A DNA stretch of 64,000 bases. It comes from Nemertoderma westbladi (lineage: Eukaryota > Animalia > Xenacoelomorpha). Under the pieces are notes generated by a model. The model ran no database searches and had not been told where the DNA came from. It worked only from the letters and a program-made list of their open reading frames with translations. A program made the position numbers and the translations under genes. Positions 13,798 through 26,905 of the stretch are shown here, one piece after another (position 1 is the first letter of the stretch; each line of letters starts with the position of its first letter). The stretch lies in contig JAUCBJ010004223.1 in the NCBI GenBank assembly GCA_032718475.1, positions 1 to 64,000 of the forward strand, in the 5' to 3' direction.

Positions 13798-15669
13798 TAC
13801 GATGACGATGGCTAACTCGTTCTCCCGGATTACTATTTATGGGGCCATACGATGGCTAACTCGTTCTCCCGGTTTACTATTTATGGGGCCATACGATGAT
13901 GGCTAACTCGTTCTCCCGGTTTACTATTTATGGGGCCATACGATGATGGCTAACTCGTTCTCCCGGTTTAGTATTTATGGGGCCATACGATGGCTAACTC
14001 GTTCTCCCGGTTTACTATTTATGGGGCCATACGATGATGGCTAACTCGTTCTCCCGGTTTACTATTTATGGGGCCATACGATGATGGCTAACTCGTTCTC
14101 CCGGTTTAGTATTTATGGGGCCATACGATGATGGCTAACTCGTTCTCCCGGTTTACTATTTATGGGGCTATATGATGGCTAACTCGTTCTCCCGGTTTAG
14201 TATTTATGGGGCCATACGATGATGGCTAACTCGTTCTCCCGGTTTACTATTTATGGGGCTATACGATGGCTAACTCGTTCTCCCGGATTACTATTTATGG
14301 GGCCATACGATGATGGCTAACTCATTCTCCCGGTTTACTATTTATGGGGCCATACGATGGCTAACTCGTTCTCCCGGTTTACTATTTATGGGGCCATACG
14401 ATGATGGCTAACTCGTTCTCCCGGTTTACTATTTATGGGGCCATACGATGATGGCTAACTCGTTCTCCCGGTTTACTATTTATGGGGCCATACGATGATG
14501 GCTAACTCATTCTCCCGGTTTACTATTTATGGGGCCATACGATGGCTAACTCGTTCTCCCGGATTACTATTTATGGGGCTATATGATGGCTAACTCGTTC
14601 TCCCAGTTTACTATTTATGGGGCTATACGATGGCTAACTCGTTCTCCCGGTTTACTATTTATGGGGCTATACGATGGCTAACTCGTTCTCCCGGTTTACT
14701 ATTTATGGGGCTATATGATGGCTAACTCGTTCTCCCGGTTTACTATTTATGGGGCTATACGAAGGCTAACTCGTTCTCCCGGTTTACTATTTATGGGGCT
14801 ATCTGATGGCTAACTCGTTCTCCCGGTTTACTATTTATGGGGCCATACGATGATGGCTAACTCGTTCTCCCGGTTTACTATTTATGGGGCCATACGATGA
14901 TGGCTAACTCGTTCTCCCGGTTTACTATTTATGGGGCCATACGATGATGGCTAACTCGTTCTCCCGGTTGACTATTTATGGGGCTATATGATGGCTAACT
15001 CGTTCTCCCGGTTTACTATTTATGGGGCTATACGATGGCTAACTCGTTCTCCCGGTTTACTATTTATGGGGCCATACGATGGCTAACTCGTTCTCCCGGT
15101 TTACTATTTATGGGGCTATATGATGGCTAACTCGTTCTCCCGGTTTAGTATTTATGGGGCCATACGATGATGGCTAACTCGTTCTCCCGGTTTACTATTT
15201 ATGGGGCTATACGATGGCTAACTCGTTCTCCCGGATTACTATTTATGGGGCTATATGATGGCTAACTCATTCTCCCAGTTTACTATTTATGGGGCTATAT
15301 GATGGCTAACTCGTTCTCCCGGTTTAGTATTTATGGGGCCATACGATGATGGCTAACTCGTTCTCCCGGTTTACTATTTATGGGGCTATACGATGGCTAA
15401 CTCGTTCTCCCGGATTACTATTTATGGGGCTATATGATGGCTAACTCGTTCTCCCGGTTTACTATTTATGGGGCCATACGATGATGGCTAACTCGTTCTC
15501 CCGGTTTACTATTTATGGGGCCATACGATGATGGCTAACTCGTCCTCCTGGTTTACTATTTATGGGGCCATACGATGATGGCTAACTCGTTCTCCTGGTT
15601 TACTATTTATGGGGCCATACGATGGCTAACTCGTTCTCCAGGTTTACTATTTATGGGGCCATACGATGA
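13798..15669. repeat. 44/47-bp satellite, ~41 copies, mariner-derived
   Basis: Unit tac(gat)gatggctaactcgttctcccggtttactatttatggggcca. The same unit occurs at ~11343-11411 on the other side of the LINE. Confidence 0.95.
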
Positions 15670-17372
15670 TATTGGATATCATCAATGGACGAAATCCATT
15701 GATGACATGTGCAGCTTCATTACGAACTTGCTATCAAAGTCGGCTTCTTCGAAGAGTAAGAGGAAATCAAAACCATGGTTCGATAAATCATGCTACAAAC
15801 TCCAACAAGAGGTGCGTACTGCCCGCTCACGGTTAGACTCATGCGATGCGAACAGTTCAAGCTTTGATAATTACAGACGCACTCAGCAGCTATACAAAGC
15901 AACAATCAAAGAAAAGATAAAGTACTTTCAGTATGTTTAGGAGACCCGCTTCCTCGAGCGCTGTGAAGAGGACCAGCATGCGTTTTGGGAAATAACAAAA
16001 TTTAAACCAGCTAAATCAGTGGCTCAGCAAGTTCCGCTAGAAGAATAGTCTACTCATTTTAGCAAGTTGCTTTCTCGGAATGTTGTGCCTGAATTACATA
16101 TTCTTTCAAACAGGACCAACCAGGATCTTGATGCTCCTATAACCCAAGCGGAGGTAACAGCTTCTGTGTCTAGACAAAAATCTGGAAAAGCTGCAGGTCC
16201 GGACAGAGTTTCGAATGAATCCATAAAGTCTGGCTTTGGTCTCCTGTTACCTTTCCTTTGGGTGCTATTCTCAACTTGCTTCGAGTTTGCCTGTCGTCCG
16301 ACAAGTTGGCTGACGTCCATTGTTCTACCCTTGTATAAAGGGAAGGGAGCAAAGGCTTCGCCGGATTCCTACAGGGGCATTGCGTTGCTTAGTTGCCTGC
16401 TAAAAATCTATACAACCATACTTTTCAACCGCCTTTATCATTGGGCGGAATTCATGGAAGTTCTTCCCAACTGCCAATATGGTTTTCGGAAAGGCAGATC
16501 GACAGTAATGGCTGTTCGAAGTCTGCTCTCCTCGGTCACTTCTGCCTTAGCAACCCCTGGAGGACATATGTATTGTGTTTTCATAGATTTCACAAAGGCT
16601 TTCGATTCGGTTGATCGCCGATTGCTATGCTCCAAACTTGAGTTCTTGGGCGTCAGCAGTAAAATGATAAGGGCGATTTGGGCACTGATCGCGTTCAACA
16701 TAATTTGTATCACAGTGGGTGGTAAGGCCCTTTCTCGCAACGATAAACTGACTTACAAGGGTAATCAAATAGACTTTGTGAACTCGTTCTCCTATTTAGG
16801 GGTAGTATTGTCGACGAAAAACACCTCTGGTGCTCCCTTCGACCACCTAAAGAGTCGCGGAGTTTCCTCTAGTTTGCAGATAGCAAGCAAAGTAAATCTA
16901 AAGTGAATCTCACTTGACAGTGCAATCAAACTATGGGCCTATGTCGTCTTCCCAGCAACCGTTTATGGGTGTGAAATTTTTACTGATAGACCCAGAGCAG
17001 AATGGAACACACTACCTCACGTTCATAAAGTACACAGCTTCTACTTTAAACTATGGTGGGGCTGTCAAAGTACAGCTCCACCTCGAGAATCCTCGCTGCC
17101 ATTGATTCACCCCAAAACGCACAGATTAACCTGCGGTACCTCTCTCTCCCACCAATGAAGGCGTGTCCGCACAGTTCCTCTCGAACGCGTTCCACCATAA
17201 GATCTGTTATTCTAGATGCTGGAGGCCCACTCCCTCCTGTTTGTGTCGTCTCTGCAGAGGTTCGGCTGAAGATTTTTTGCACTGTGCTTCCTGCTCGTAT
17301 ATACCCTCAATCGGTAATAATCTACACCTGGCGTTCCACCTACAGGCATTCATATAACACATTTTTTTTTTT
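15670..17372 (+). mobile_element. 5'-truncated, internally deleted non-LTR retrotransposon (RT pseudogene; RTE/RTEX-like, clade uncertain)
   Basis: Motifs KPWFDKSC, GKAAGPD, YRGIALLS, QYGFRKGRST and FIDFTKAFDSV, then a jump to FSYLGV with no QG or YADD block. In-frame stops. C-terminal CRLC...EDFLHC zinc motif. Confidence 0.85.
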
Positions 17373-17422
17373 AAATTATTTAACTAATTGTATTTAGATA
17401 TCTATTACTTAGTCTCTCTTAT

Positions 17423-19200
17423 ATGAACTACCGGTACTTATCTTCTCTATTTATTTATAATTTAAATATTTTAACAAATTTTACATATCCGTTGGATATA
17501 ATAAAGTCTCCATTAATCAATAAACTTGTTATTGTTACGTCACTAGTGTTTAGATTTGTACATAAATTGAAATCGAAAGTATCTGAACGGAAATATAGTA
17601 TTAGTAGAGATAATATTACTCGTATAAAATTGCCGTTCATCCGGGTGTGTGAGTTTAATGAGGCTGAGATGTGGCTAGTTAACCAAGCACAACGTGAGAG
17701 TCATCCTGACGTGTGGGAATATTTGGATGATCCAAAGAGACGTCGAGTGCCTTCTATTGTTAAACAATTACAGCTGGCAATGGTAGACGGCATAATCCGC
17801 AGTATCGGCAGGATACAGAATGCAGATTTACCATGGGAAACAAGATATCCAATATTTCTTACATCCCGCCATTATCTGACTAATCTCATCATTTCGCATG
17901 GTCATAGTGAATTAGTAAAGCATGCAGGTATAGGAGATACTGTACTTTGTCTCAGGCAAAGTCTTTGTCTCAGGTGGTGGATACCTTCTATTAGACAATG
18001 AGTAAAGTCTATACGGCGACATTGTAAGGTCTGTCGTAAAATACAAGGCCCACATTATCCAGTACCTCCACCTCCCCCTTTACCGAGTATTCGTGTTAAA
18101 GAACGTCGACCCTTTAATTGCACTGGTGTCGATTACACAGGTGCTGCGTCGGTAAGAAACCATGCTGAGAAAATAAAGGTATACATTGCTCTATTTACAT
18201 GTAGCGCAAGTCGTGCAGTGCACTTGGAGATTGTAAGTGATAATACCCCAGATACCTTCTTAATGGCACTAAGGCGATTCGTTGGGCGCCGAGGATGTCC
18301 CTCATTAATAATGAGTGATAATGCATCCACCTTTACAGCTGCTAATGGTTGTCTAAGAATAGCTAGAGACAATTTTAAAGTTAGTAAATTCTTATTGACG
18401 AACTTTATTTCATGGGAGTTTATTCCCTCGTCTTCTCCTTGGATGGGCGGTATATGGGAACGCCTTTCTAGGGTTGATGAAGACATTATTGAAGAAGGTA
18501 TTGGGTTGTGCATTAGTGTCCTTGGAAGAGTTACATACTTTTGTCGTAGAAACCGAAACGGTGATGAATGACAGACCGTTAACTTACGTATATGGTAACA
18601 ATGACAACCCTCATCCCTTGACTCCGTCTATGTTGGTTTCAGGCAACCGCATTTCTACCTTGTATAGACCAGTTATTGATAGCGATTTATTTAGTGACCC
18701 CTCTTATGGTCTCCCGACTCGAGAAGATCTCATGGTTCGACATAATCGAATTCATAAATTACTTAGCGATTACTGGAGTCGCTGGTCCTATGACTACTTG
18801 ACCACGTTAAGAGAATTTCATAGATGGAACATTAAGGAACCTAAGGAAATAGTACATGTGGGAGATATCGTTCTAATAGGGGATTCTAATGTACCCAGAG
18901 CACAGTTCCGTATGGGTAAAGTTATTGATTTACATCCATGAAAGGATGGATGGATAAGGTCCGTAACTCTTCGAACTCCAAATGGCCAGATTCGAAGTTT
19001 ATCTCTTGGAGTTTGGTGGTGTTGAAGAAACTTCGAGCGAACTTTTACCATTGAAAGTTGACGAGTGTAATGTTATAAGGTCGTCCAACCCGTAGTGCTG
19101 CCAAGGTAGCAAAAGATAAAATTCTCAAAATCGCACTCAGTGAAACTGAAAGTGTGAGTGAATGAAGTTAAATATTGTTAAGTTGAACGAACATATTTAC
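17423..19200 (+). mobile_element. BEL/Pao LTR retrotransposon pol fragment (integrase plus C-terminal DUF5641-like region), pseudogenised
   Basis: HHCC region (H..HAG..CKVC), PFNCTGVDYTG, AVHLEIV...ALRRFVGRRG...SDNASTF, SPWMGGIWERL, MNDRPL, WSRWSYDYL, VGDIVLI. Stops and a frameshift are present. Confidence 0.9.
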
Positions 19201-19230
19201 TGGTGACATAGTCTACGTAAATTACATTTA

Positions 19231-22200
19231 TATACTTAGAGTATAGGATTCCACAAGGATTGTGGTCTCAATCAACTGTTATACTTACAGTATAGGATTC
19301 CACAAGGACTGTGGTCTCAATCAACTGTTATACTTACAGTATAGGATTCCACAAGGACTGTGGTCTCAATCAACGGTTATACTTACAGTATAGGATTCCA
19401 CAAGGACTGTGGTCTCAATCAACTGTTATACTTACAGTATAGGATTCCACAAGGACTGTGGTCTCAATCAACTGTTTTACTTACAGTATAGGATTCCACA
19501 AGGACTGTGGTCTCAATCAACTGTTGTACTTACAGTATAGGATTCCACAAGGACTGTGGTCTCAATCAACTGTTATACTTACAGTATAGGATTCCACAAG
19601 GACTGTGGTCTCAATCAACGGTTATACTTACAGTATAGGATTCCACAAGGACTGTGGTCTCAATCAACTGTTATACTTACAGTATAGGATTCCACAAGGA
19701 CTGTGGTCTCAATCAACGGTTATACTTACAGTATAGGATTCCACAAGGACTGTGGTCTCAATCAACTGTTTTACTTACAGTATAGGATTCCACAAGGACT
19801 GTGGTCTCAATCAACTGTTATACTTACAGTATAGGATTCCACAAGGACTGTGGTCTCAATCAACGGTTATACTTACAGTATAGGATTCCACAAGGACTGT
19901 GGTCTCAATCAACTGTTATACTTACAGTATAGGATTCCACAAGGACTGTGGTCTCAATCAACTGTTATACTTACAGTATAGGATTCCACAAGGACTGTGG
20001 TCTCAATCAACTGTTATACTTACAGTATAGGATTCCACAAGGACTGTGGTCTCAATCAACTGTTATACTTACAGTATAGGATTCCACAAGGACTGTGGTC
20101 TCAATCAACTGTTATACTTACAGTATAGGATTCCACAAGGACTGTGGTCTCAATCAACTGTTATACTTACAGTATAGGATTCCACAAGGACTGTGGTCTC
20201 AATCAACTGTTATACTTACAGTATAGGATTCCACAAGGACTGTGGTCTCAATCAACTGTTATACTTACAGTATAGGATTCCACAAGGACTGTGGTCTCAA
20301 TCAACTGTTATACTTACAGTATAGGATTCCACAAGGACTGTGGTCTCAATCAACTGTTATACTTACAGTATAGGATTCCACAAGGACTGTGGTCTCAATC
20401 AACTGTTATACTTACAGTATAGGATTCCACAAGGACTGTGGTCTCAATCAACTGTTATACTTACAGTATAGGATTCCACAAGGACTGTGGTCTCAATCAA
20501 CTGTTATACTTACAGTATAGGATTCCACAAGGACTGTGGTCTCAATCAACTGTTATACTTACAGTATAGGATTCCACAAGGACTGTGGTCTCAATCAACT
20601 GTTATACTTACAGTATAGGATTCCACAAGGACTGTGGTCTCAATCAACTGTTATACTTACAGTATAGGATTCCACAAGGACTGTGGTCTCAATCAACTGT
20701 TATACTTACAGTATAGGATTCCACAAGGACTGTGGTCTCAATCAACTGTTATACTTACAGTATAGGATTCCACAAGGACTGTGGTCTCAATCAACTGTTA
20801 TACTTACAGTATAGGATTCCACAAGGACTGTGGTCTCAATCAACTGTTATACTTACAGTATAGGATTCCACAAGGACTGTGGTCTCAATCAACTGTTATA
20901 CTTACAGTATAGGATTCCACAAGGACTGTGGTCTCAATCAACTGTTATACTTACAGTATAGGATTCCACAAGGACTGTGGTCTCAATCAACTGTTATACT
21001 TACAGTATAGGATTCCACAAGGACTGTGGTCTCAATCAACTGTTATACTTACAGTATAGGATTCCACAAGGACTGTGGTCTCAATCAACTGTTATACTTA
21101 CAGTATAGGATTCCACAAGGACTGTGGTCTCAATCAACTGTTATACTTACAGTATAGGATTCCACAAGGACTGTGGTCTCAATCAACTGTTATACTTACA
21201 GTATAGGATTCCACAAGGACTGTGGTCTCAATCAACTGTTATACTTACAGTATAGGATTCCACAAGGACTGTGGTCTCAATCAACTGTTATACTTACAGT
21301 ATAGGATTCCACAAGGACTGTGGTCTCAATCAACTGTTATACTTACAGTATAGGATTCCACAAGGACTGTGGTCTCAATCAACTGTTATACTTACAGTAT
21401 AGGATTCCACAAGGACTGTGGTCTCAATCAACTGTTATACTTACAGTATAGGATTCCACAAGGACTGTGGTCTCAATCAACTGTTATACTTACAGTATAG
21501 GATTCCACAAGGACTGTGGTCTCAATCAACTGTTATACTTACAGTATAGGATTCCACAAGGACTGTGGTCTCAATCAACTGTTATACTTACAGTATAGGA
21601 TTCCACAAGGACTGTGGTCTCAATCAACTGTTATACTTACAGTATAGGATTCCACAAGGACTGTGGTCTCAATCAACTGTTATACTTACAGTATAGGATT
21701 CCACAAGGACTGTGGTCTCAATCAACTGTTATACTTACAGTATAGGATTCCACAAGGACTGTGGTCTCAATCAACTGTTATACTTACAGTATAGGATTCC
21801 ACAAGGACTGTGGTCTCAATCAACTGTTATACTTACAGTATAGGATTCCACAAGGACTGTGGTCTCAATCAACTGTTATACTTACAGTATAGGATTCCAC
21901 AAGGACTGTGGTCTCAATCAACTGTTATACTTACAGTATAGGATTCCACAAGGACTGTGGTCTCAATCAACTGTTATACTTACAGTATAGGATTCCACAA
22001 GGACTGTGGTCTCAATCAACTGTTATACTTACAGTATAGGATTCCACAAGGACTGTGGTCTCAATCAACTGTTATACTTACAGTATAGGATTCCACAAGG
22101 ACTGTGGTCTCAATCAACTGTTATACTTACAGTATAGGATTCCACAAGGACTGTGGTCTCAATCAACTGTTATACTTACAGTATAGGATTCCACAAGGAC

Positions 22201-22651
22201 TGTGGTCTCAATCAACTGTTATACTTACAGTATAGGATTCCACAAGGACTGTGGTCTCAATCAACTGTTATACTTACAGTATAGGATTCCACAAGGACTG
22301 TGGTCTCAATCAACTGTTATACTTACAGTATAGGATTCCACAAGGACTGTGGTCTCAATCAACTGTTATACTTACAGTATAGGATTCCACAAGGACTGTG
22401 GTCTCAATCAACTGTTATACTTACAGTATAGGATTCCACAAGGACTGTGGTCTCAATCAACTGTTATACTTACAGTATAGGATTCCACAAGGACTGTGGT
22501 CTCAATCAACTGTTATACTTACAGTATAGGATTCCACAAGGACTGTGGTCTCAATCAACTGTTATACTTACAGTATAGGATTCCACAAGGACTGTGGTCT
22601 CAATCAACTGTTATACTTACAGTATAGGATTCCACAAGGACTGTGGTCTCA
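19231..22651. repeat. 49-bp satellite, ~70 copies; unit = last 31 nt of Arp2 exon 5 plus first 18 nt of intron 5
   Basis: Minus-strand unit TGAGACCACAGTCCTTGTGGAATCCTATACT|gtaagtataacagttgat. The terminal copy is the real exon 5 junction. Confidence 0.97.
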
Positions 22652-22770
22652 GTAGATAATTGCTGCTCTTGTTCGATATCGTAACCAACGTAACAAAGTT
22701 TCTCTTTGATCATCCGAACTGTCTCGAAATCCGCTGAGTGGTTGAAAGCGTAACCACGGAGAAGTAATAG
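22621..22770 (-). CDS. ACTR2: Arp2 exon 5, [50 protein letters not shown]
   Basis: Lies within ORF 22600-22848. 150 nt, acceptor tttatttcag, donor GTAAGT. Arp2-diagnostic [15 protein letters not shown]. Confidence 0.95.
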
Positions 22771-22883
22771 CTGAAATAAAAACCGAAAAATACCATAAAA
22801 ATATATCGTCAGATCGCTCAGATTCCTCAAGAATTGCCTATCAATCATATAAATTTATATCTGTTTCAGATTCTAAGTGATGT

Positions 22884-23112
22884 GTTTGTAAAAGCAACAT
22901 ATGTTTGTAAAAGCAGCATCTGTTTGTAAAAGCAACATCTGTTTGTAAAAGCAACATCTGTTTGTAAAAAAAAAACTCTGTTTGTAAAAGCAACATCTGT
23001 TTGTAAAAGCAACATATGTTTGTAAAAGCAACATATGTTTGTAAATCTGTTTGTAAAAGCAACATTTCTTTGTAAAAGCAACATCTGTTTGTAAAAGCAA
23101 CATCTGTTTGTA
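22884..23112. repeat. 19-bp minisatellite, ~12 copies, near the intron 4 acceptor
   Basis: Unit aaagcaacatctgtttgta. Confidence 0.9.
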
Positions 23113-23719
23113 CACTAACTATGGGGAATTCTTGTAAAGCTGTGTATGCCATGAGTGAGGGAAAAATAATACCGAGGTCAAATTTTGCATAGGCGGACTG
23201 GAGAGGCACGAAGTACCTGCGAGCAGAGTACATCGGCGCATGCGCCCGAATGTCCCACCGAATAACCGACTATTATCTATTCGGCAGTGCGGAACCATCA
23301 GATGGAAACTGACGGAACCGATCAGGAAGCACAATGCATCCCTAGTTGGATGCACGGACCTCTTGTACAGCAAGGAGGGAACTCTAACACTTATACAACA
23401 ATAAAACTTGTTAACTATCTGCGAGTAATCGGATAATTAAAATTAATTCTGCAAAGCCAATTATAGATTTATGTTAATGAGAGTAACGTAAAATACTTGG
23501 GCAAATAAATTGTATTAATCGGTTTAATATTTTGGCGAATAAATAAAAAAAAATTATATGAACGTGATTATATAGAATACATGGTACATGTGTTGCATGT
23601 TAGGTTAGACTCTGCGTAATCTTGTTGGTCTATATATTTTCTTTAACACGAATATATTATATATTTTTTTTCGTAACCATATCGCTTCTTAGTAGATGGA
23701 TTTTCCTCGAAGGTATTGT

Positions 23720-25607
23720 CTCTGCCAACCCCTAACTCTTCCCCACCCTAACTCTGCCCCTTTCTAACTCTACCCCACCCTAACTCTGCCCCACCCTAAC
23801 TCTGCCCCTTTCTAACTCTACCCCACCCTAACTCTGCCCCACTCTAAATCTGCCCCACCCCTAACTCTGCCCCACCCTAACTCTGCCCCACCCCAACTCT
23901 GCCCCACCCTAACTCTGCCCCACCCTAACTCTGCCCCACCCTAAATCTGTCCCACCCTCAATCTGCCCACCTCTAACTCTGCCCCACCCTAACTCTACCC
24001 CACCCTAACTCTGCCCCTTTCTAACTCTGCTCCACCCTAAATCTGCCCCACCCTAAATCTGCCCCACCCTAACTCTGCCCACCTCTAACTCTGCCCCACC
24101 CTAACTCTGCCCCACCCGAACTCTGCCCCTTTATAACTCTGCCCCACCCTAACTCTACCCCACCCTAACTCTGCCCCACCCTAAATCTGCCCCACCCTAA
24201 ATCTGCCCCTTTCTAACTCTGCCCCACCCTAACTCTGCCCCTTTCTAACTCTGCCCCACCCTAACTCTGCCCACCCTAAATCTGCCCACCCCTAACTCTT
24301 CCCCACCCTAACTCTGCCCCACCCTAACTCTGCCCCACCCGAACTCTGCCCCACCCTAACTCTACCCCACCCTAACTCTGCCCCACCCTAAATCTGCCCC
24401 TTCTAACTCTGCCCCACCCTAACTCTGCCCCTTTCTAACTCTGCCCCACCCTAAATCTGCCCCACCCTAAATCTGCCCCACCCTAACTCTGCCCCACCCT
24501 AACTCTGCCCCACCTAACTCTGCCCCTTTCTAACTCGGCCCCACCCTAACTCTGCCCCTTTCTAACTCGGACCCACCCTAACTCTGCCCCACCCTAAATC
24601 TGCCCAACCCTAACTCTGCCCCACCCTAACTCTGCTCACCCCTAACTCTACCCCACCCCAACTCCGCCCTTTTCTAACTCGGCCCCACCCTAACTCTGCC
24701 CCACCCTAACTCTGCCCCACCCTAACTCTGCGCCACCCTAACTCTGCCCCACCCTAAATCTGCCCCACCCTAAATCTGCCCACCCCTAACTCTGCCCCTT
24801 TCTAACTCTACCCCACCCTAACTCTGCCCCACCCTAAATCTGCCCCACCCTAAATCTGCCCCACCCTAACTCTGCCCCTTTCTAACTCTGCCCCACCCTA
24901 ACTCTGCCCCACCCTAATTCTGCCCCACCCCTAACTCTGCCCCACCCTAACTCTGCCCCACCCGAACTCTGCCCCTTTCTAACTCTACCCCACCCTAACT
25001 CTGCCCACCCTAAATCTGCCCCACCCTAAATCTGCCCCACCCTAACTCTGCCCCTTCTAACTCTGCCCCACCCTAACTCTGCCCCTTTCTAACTCTACCC
25101 CACCCTAACTCTGCCCCACCCTAAATCTGCCCACCCTAAATCTGCCCCACCCTAACTCTGCCCCTTTCTAACTCTACCCCACCCTAACTCTGCCCCACCC
25201 TAAATCTGCCCCACCCTAAATCTGCCCCACCCTAACTCTGCCCCTTTCTAACTCTGCCCCACCCTAAATCTGCCCCACCCTAAATCTGCCCCACCCTAAC
25301 TCTGTCCCTTTCTAACTCTGCCCCACCCTAACTCTGCCCCTTTCTAACTCTGCCCCACCCTAAATCTGCCCCACCCTAACTCTGCCCCACCCTAACTCTG
25401 CCCCACCCTAACTCTGCCCCTTTCTAACTCTACCCCACCCTAACTCTGCCCCACCCTAAATCTGCCCCACCCTAAATCTGCCCCACCCTAACTCTGCCCC
25501 TTTCTAACTCTACCCCACCCTAACTCTGCCCCACCCTAAATCTGCCCCACCCTAAATCTGCCCCACCCTAACTCTGCCCCTTTCTAACTCTGCCCCACCC
25601 TAACTCA
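23720..25607. repeat. 16-bp C-rich satellite, ~115 copies, containing CCCTAA
   Basis: Unit ccccaccctaactctg, with variants cccctttctaactct and ccctaaatctg. Confidence 0.95.
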
Positions 25608-26078
25608 AATGTATACGGGTTTTCGAGGACGCTGACATAACAACTCGTAAAATATCATATGCGGTAACGCAAAACTTCATTTTTGGTGCTTGTCAGGTGG
25701 GACGAAAAATACAAGTAGCAGAAAATTTCAAAAGGCAAAATCGAATTTGGTTGGATAAGACGATATTTTTGAGTGTCATATTCGTGATCAGCGTCCCAGA
25801 AAACCCACAATGGCTATAAAATCAGGTTGATTTGGTAATGAGTTTTCGATTATAAAATTTGTGCTACTTGTATTATTCGTCCAGGAGGGCACATTCAATT
25901 ACGAAATTTTTTTTCGAATAATATATTTTAATTCTATAGTCGTGATCTGTGTCCAAAAAAACCGCTATATACCGCAAATAAATTAATTTTAGTGAGCCAT
26001 ACAAACTTTTGAAAATGTTAGCACAAAAAATACCGGAGATGGGTGCCCGAAAGGGACACCAGCACGAAAACTAACATA

Positions 26079-26905
26079 CCGTATTTACTCGAATAAGAGC
26101 CCACTCGAATAAAAGCCCGGGGCTCGAATTAACGCCCCTCTTACCATCAAATTAGAAACTTAAACGCATTCCCGAATAAAACGCGTTTAATAATATTACA
26201 TTGTGCGGCGTTAACATTGTTTAGAGTTATTGTTAAAACTGAAGGTAAATGGAGTGCGGTGTTGTACCGCCTGGCTGCGTTGTAATAAAGATAATCCTGG
26301 TTTTATTTGACCCACTCGAACCTCACAATTTGGAACTTAAACGCCCTCCTCGAATAAACGCCCCCCTCGAATAAACGCCCCCCCCCTGGAATAAACGCCT
26401 TCCTCGAATAAACGCCCCCCTCGAATAAACGCCCCCTCGAATAAACGCCTTCCCGAATAAACGCCTTCCCCGAATAAACGCACGCTCCGAATACACGCCC
26501 TCCCCGAATAAACGCCCCCCCTCGATTAAACGCCCCCCCCCCCCCCCCGAATAAGCGCCCTCCCCGAATAAACGCCCCTCCCCCCCGAATAAACGCCCTC
26601 CCCGAATAAACGCACGCTCCGAATATAAGCCCTCCCCGAATAAACGCCCCCCTCGATCCCCGAATAAACGCCCTCCCCGAATAAACGCCCCCCTAGAATA
26701 AACGCCCCCCCCGAATAAACGCCCTCCCCGAATAAACGCCTTCCCTCGAATAAACGCCCTCCTCGAATAAACGCCCTCCTCGAATAAACGCCCCCCCCCC
26801 CCGAATAAACGCCCCCCCCCCCGAATCAATGCCCCCTCGAATAAACGCCCTCCCCGAATAAACGCCCTCCTCGAATAAACGCCCTCCCCGAATAAACGCC
26901 CCCCG
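26079..26905 (+). mobile_element. pogo/Tc1-like MITE left end with an expanded ~17-bp CGAATAAACGCCC array (26340-26905)
   Basis: Terminus TA|CCGTATTTACTCGAATAAG followed by subterminal copies of the motif that forms the array. Right end not found. Confidence 0.6.

Noticed and set aside
15575-15940. 121-aa ORF as a gene
   Set aside because: It is a chance fusion of satellite read-through with a truncated LINE frame.
22841-23233. Three overlapping repetitive ORFs (MLLLQTDVAFTNRCCFYKQ)
   Set aside because: All three frames read through a stop-free 19-bp repeat.
23720-25607. True telomere or interstitial telomeric array
   Set aside because: CCCTAA is embedded in a 16-bp unit rather than forming contiguous hexamers.
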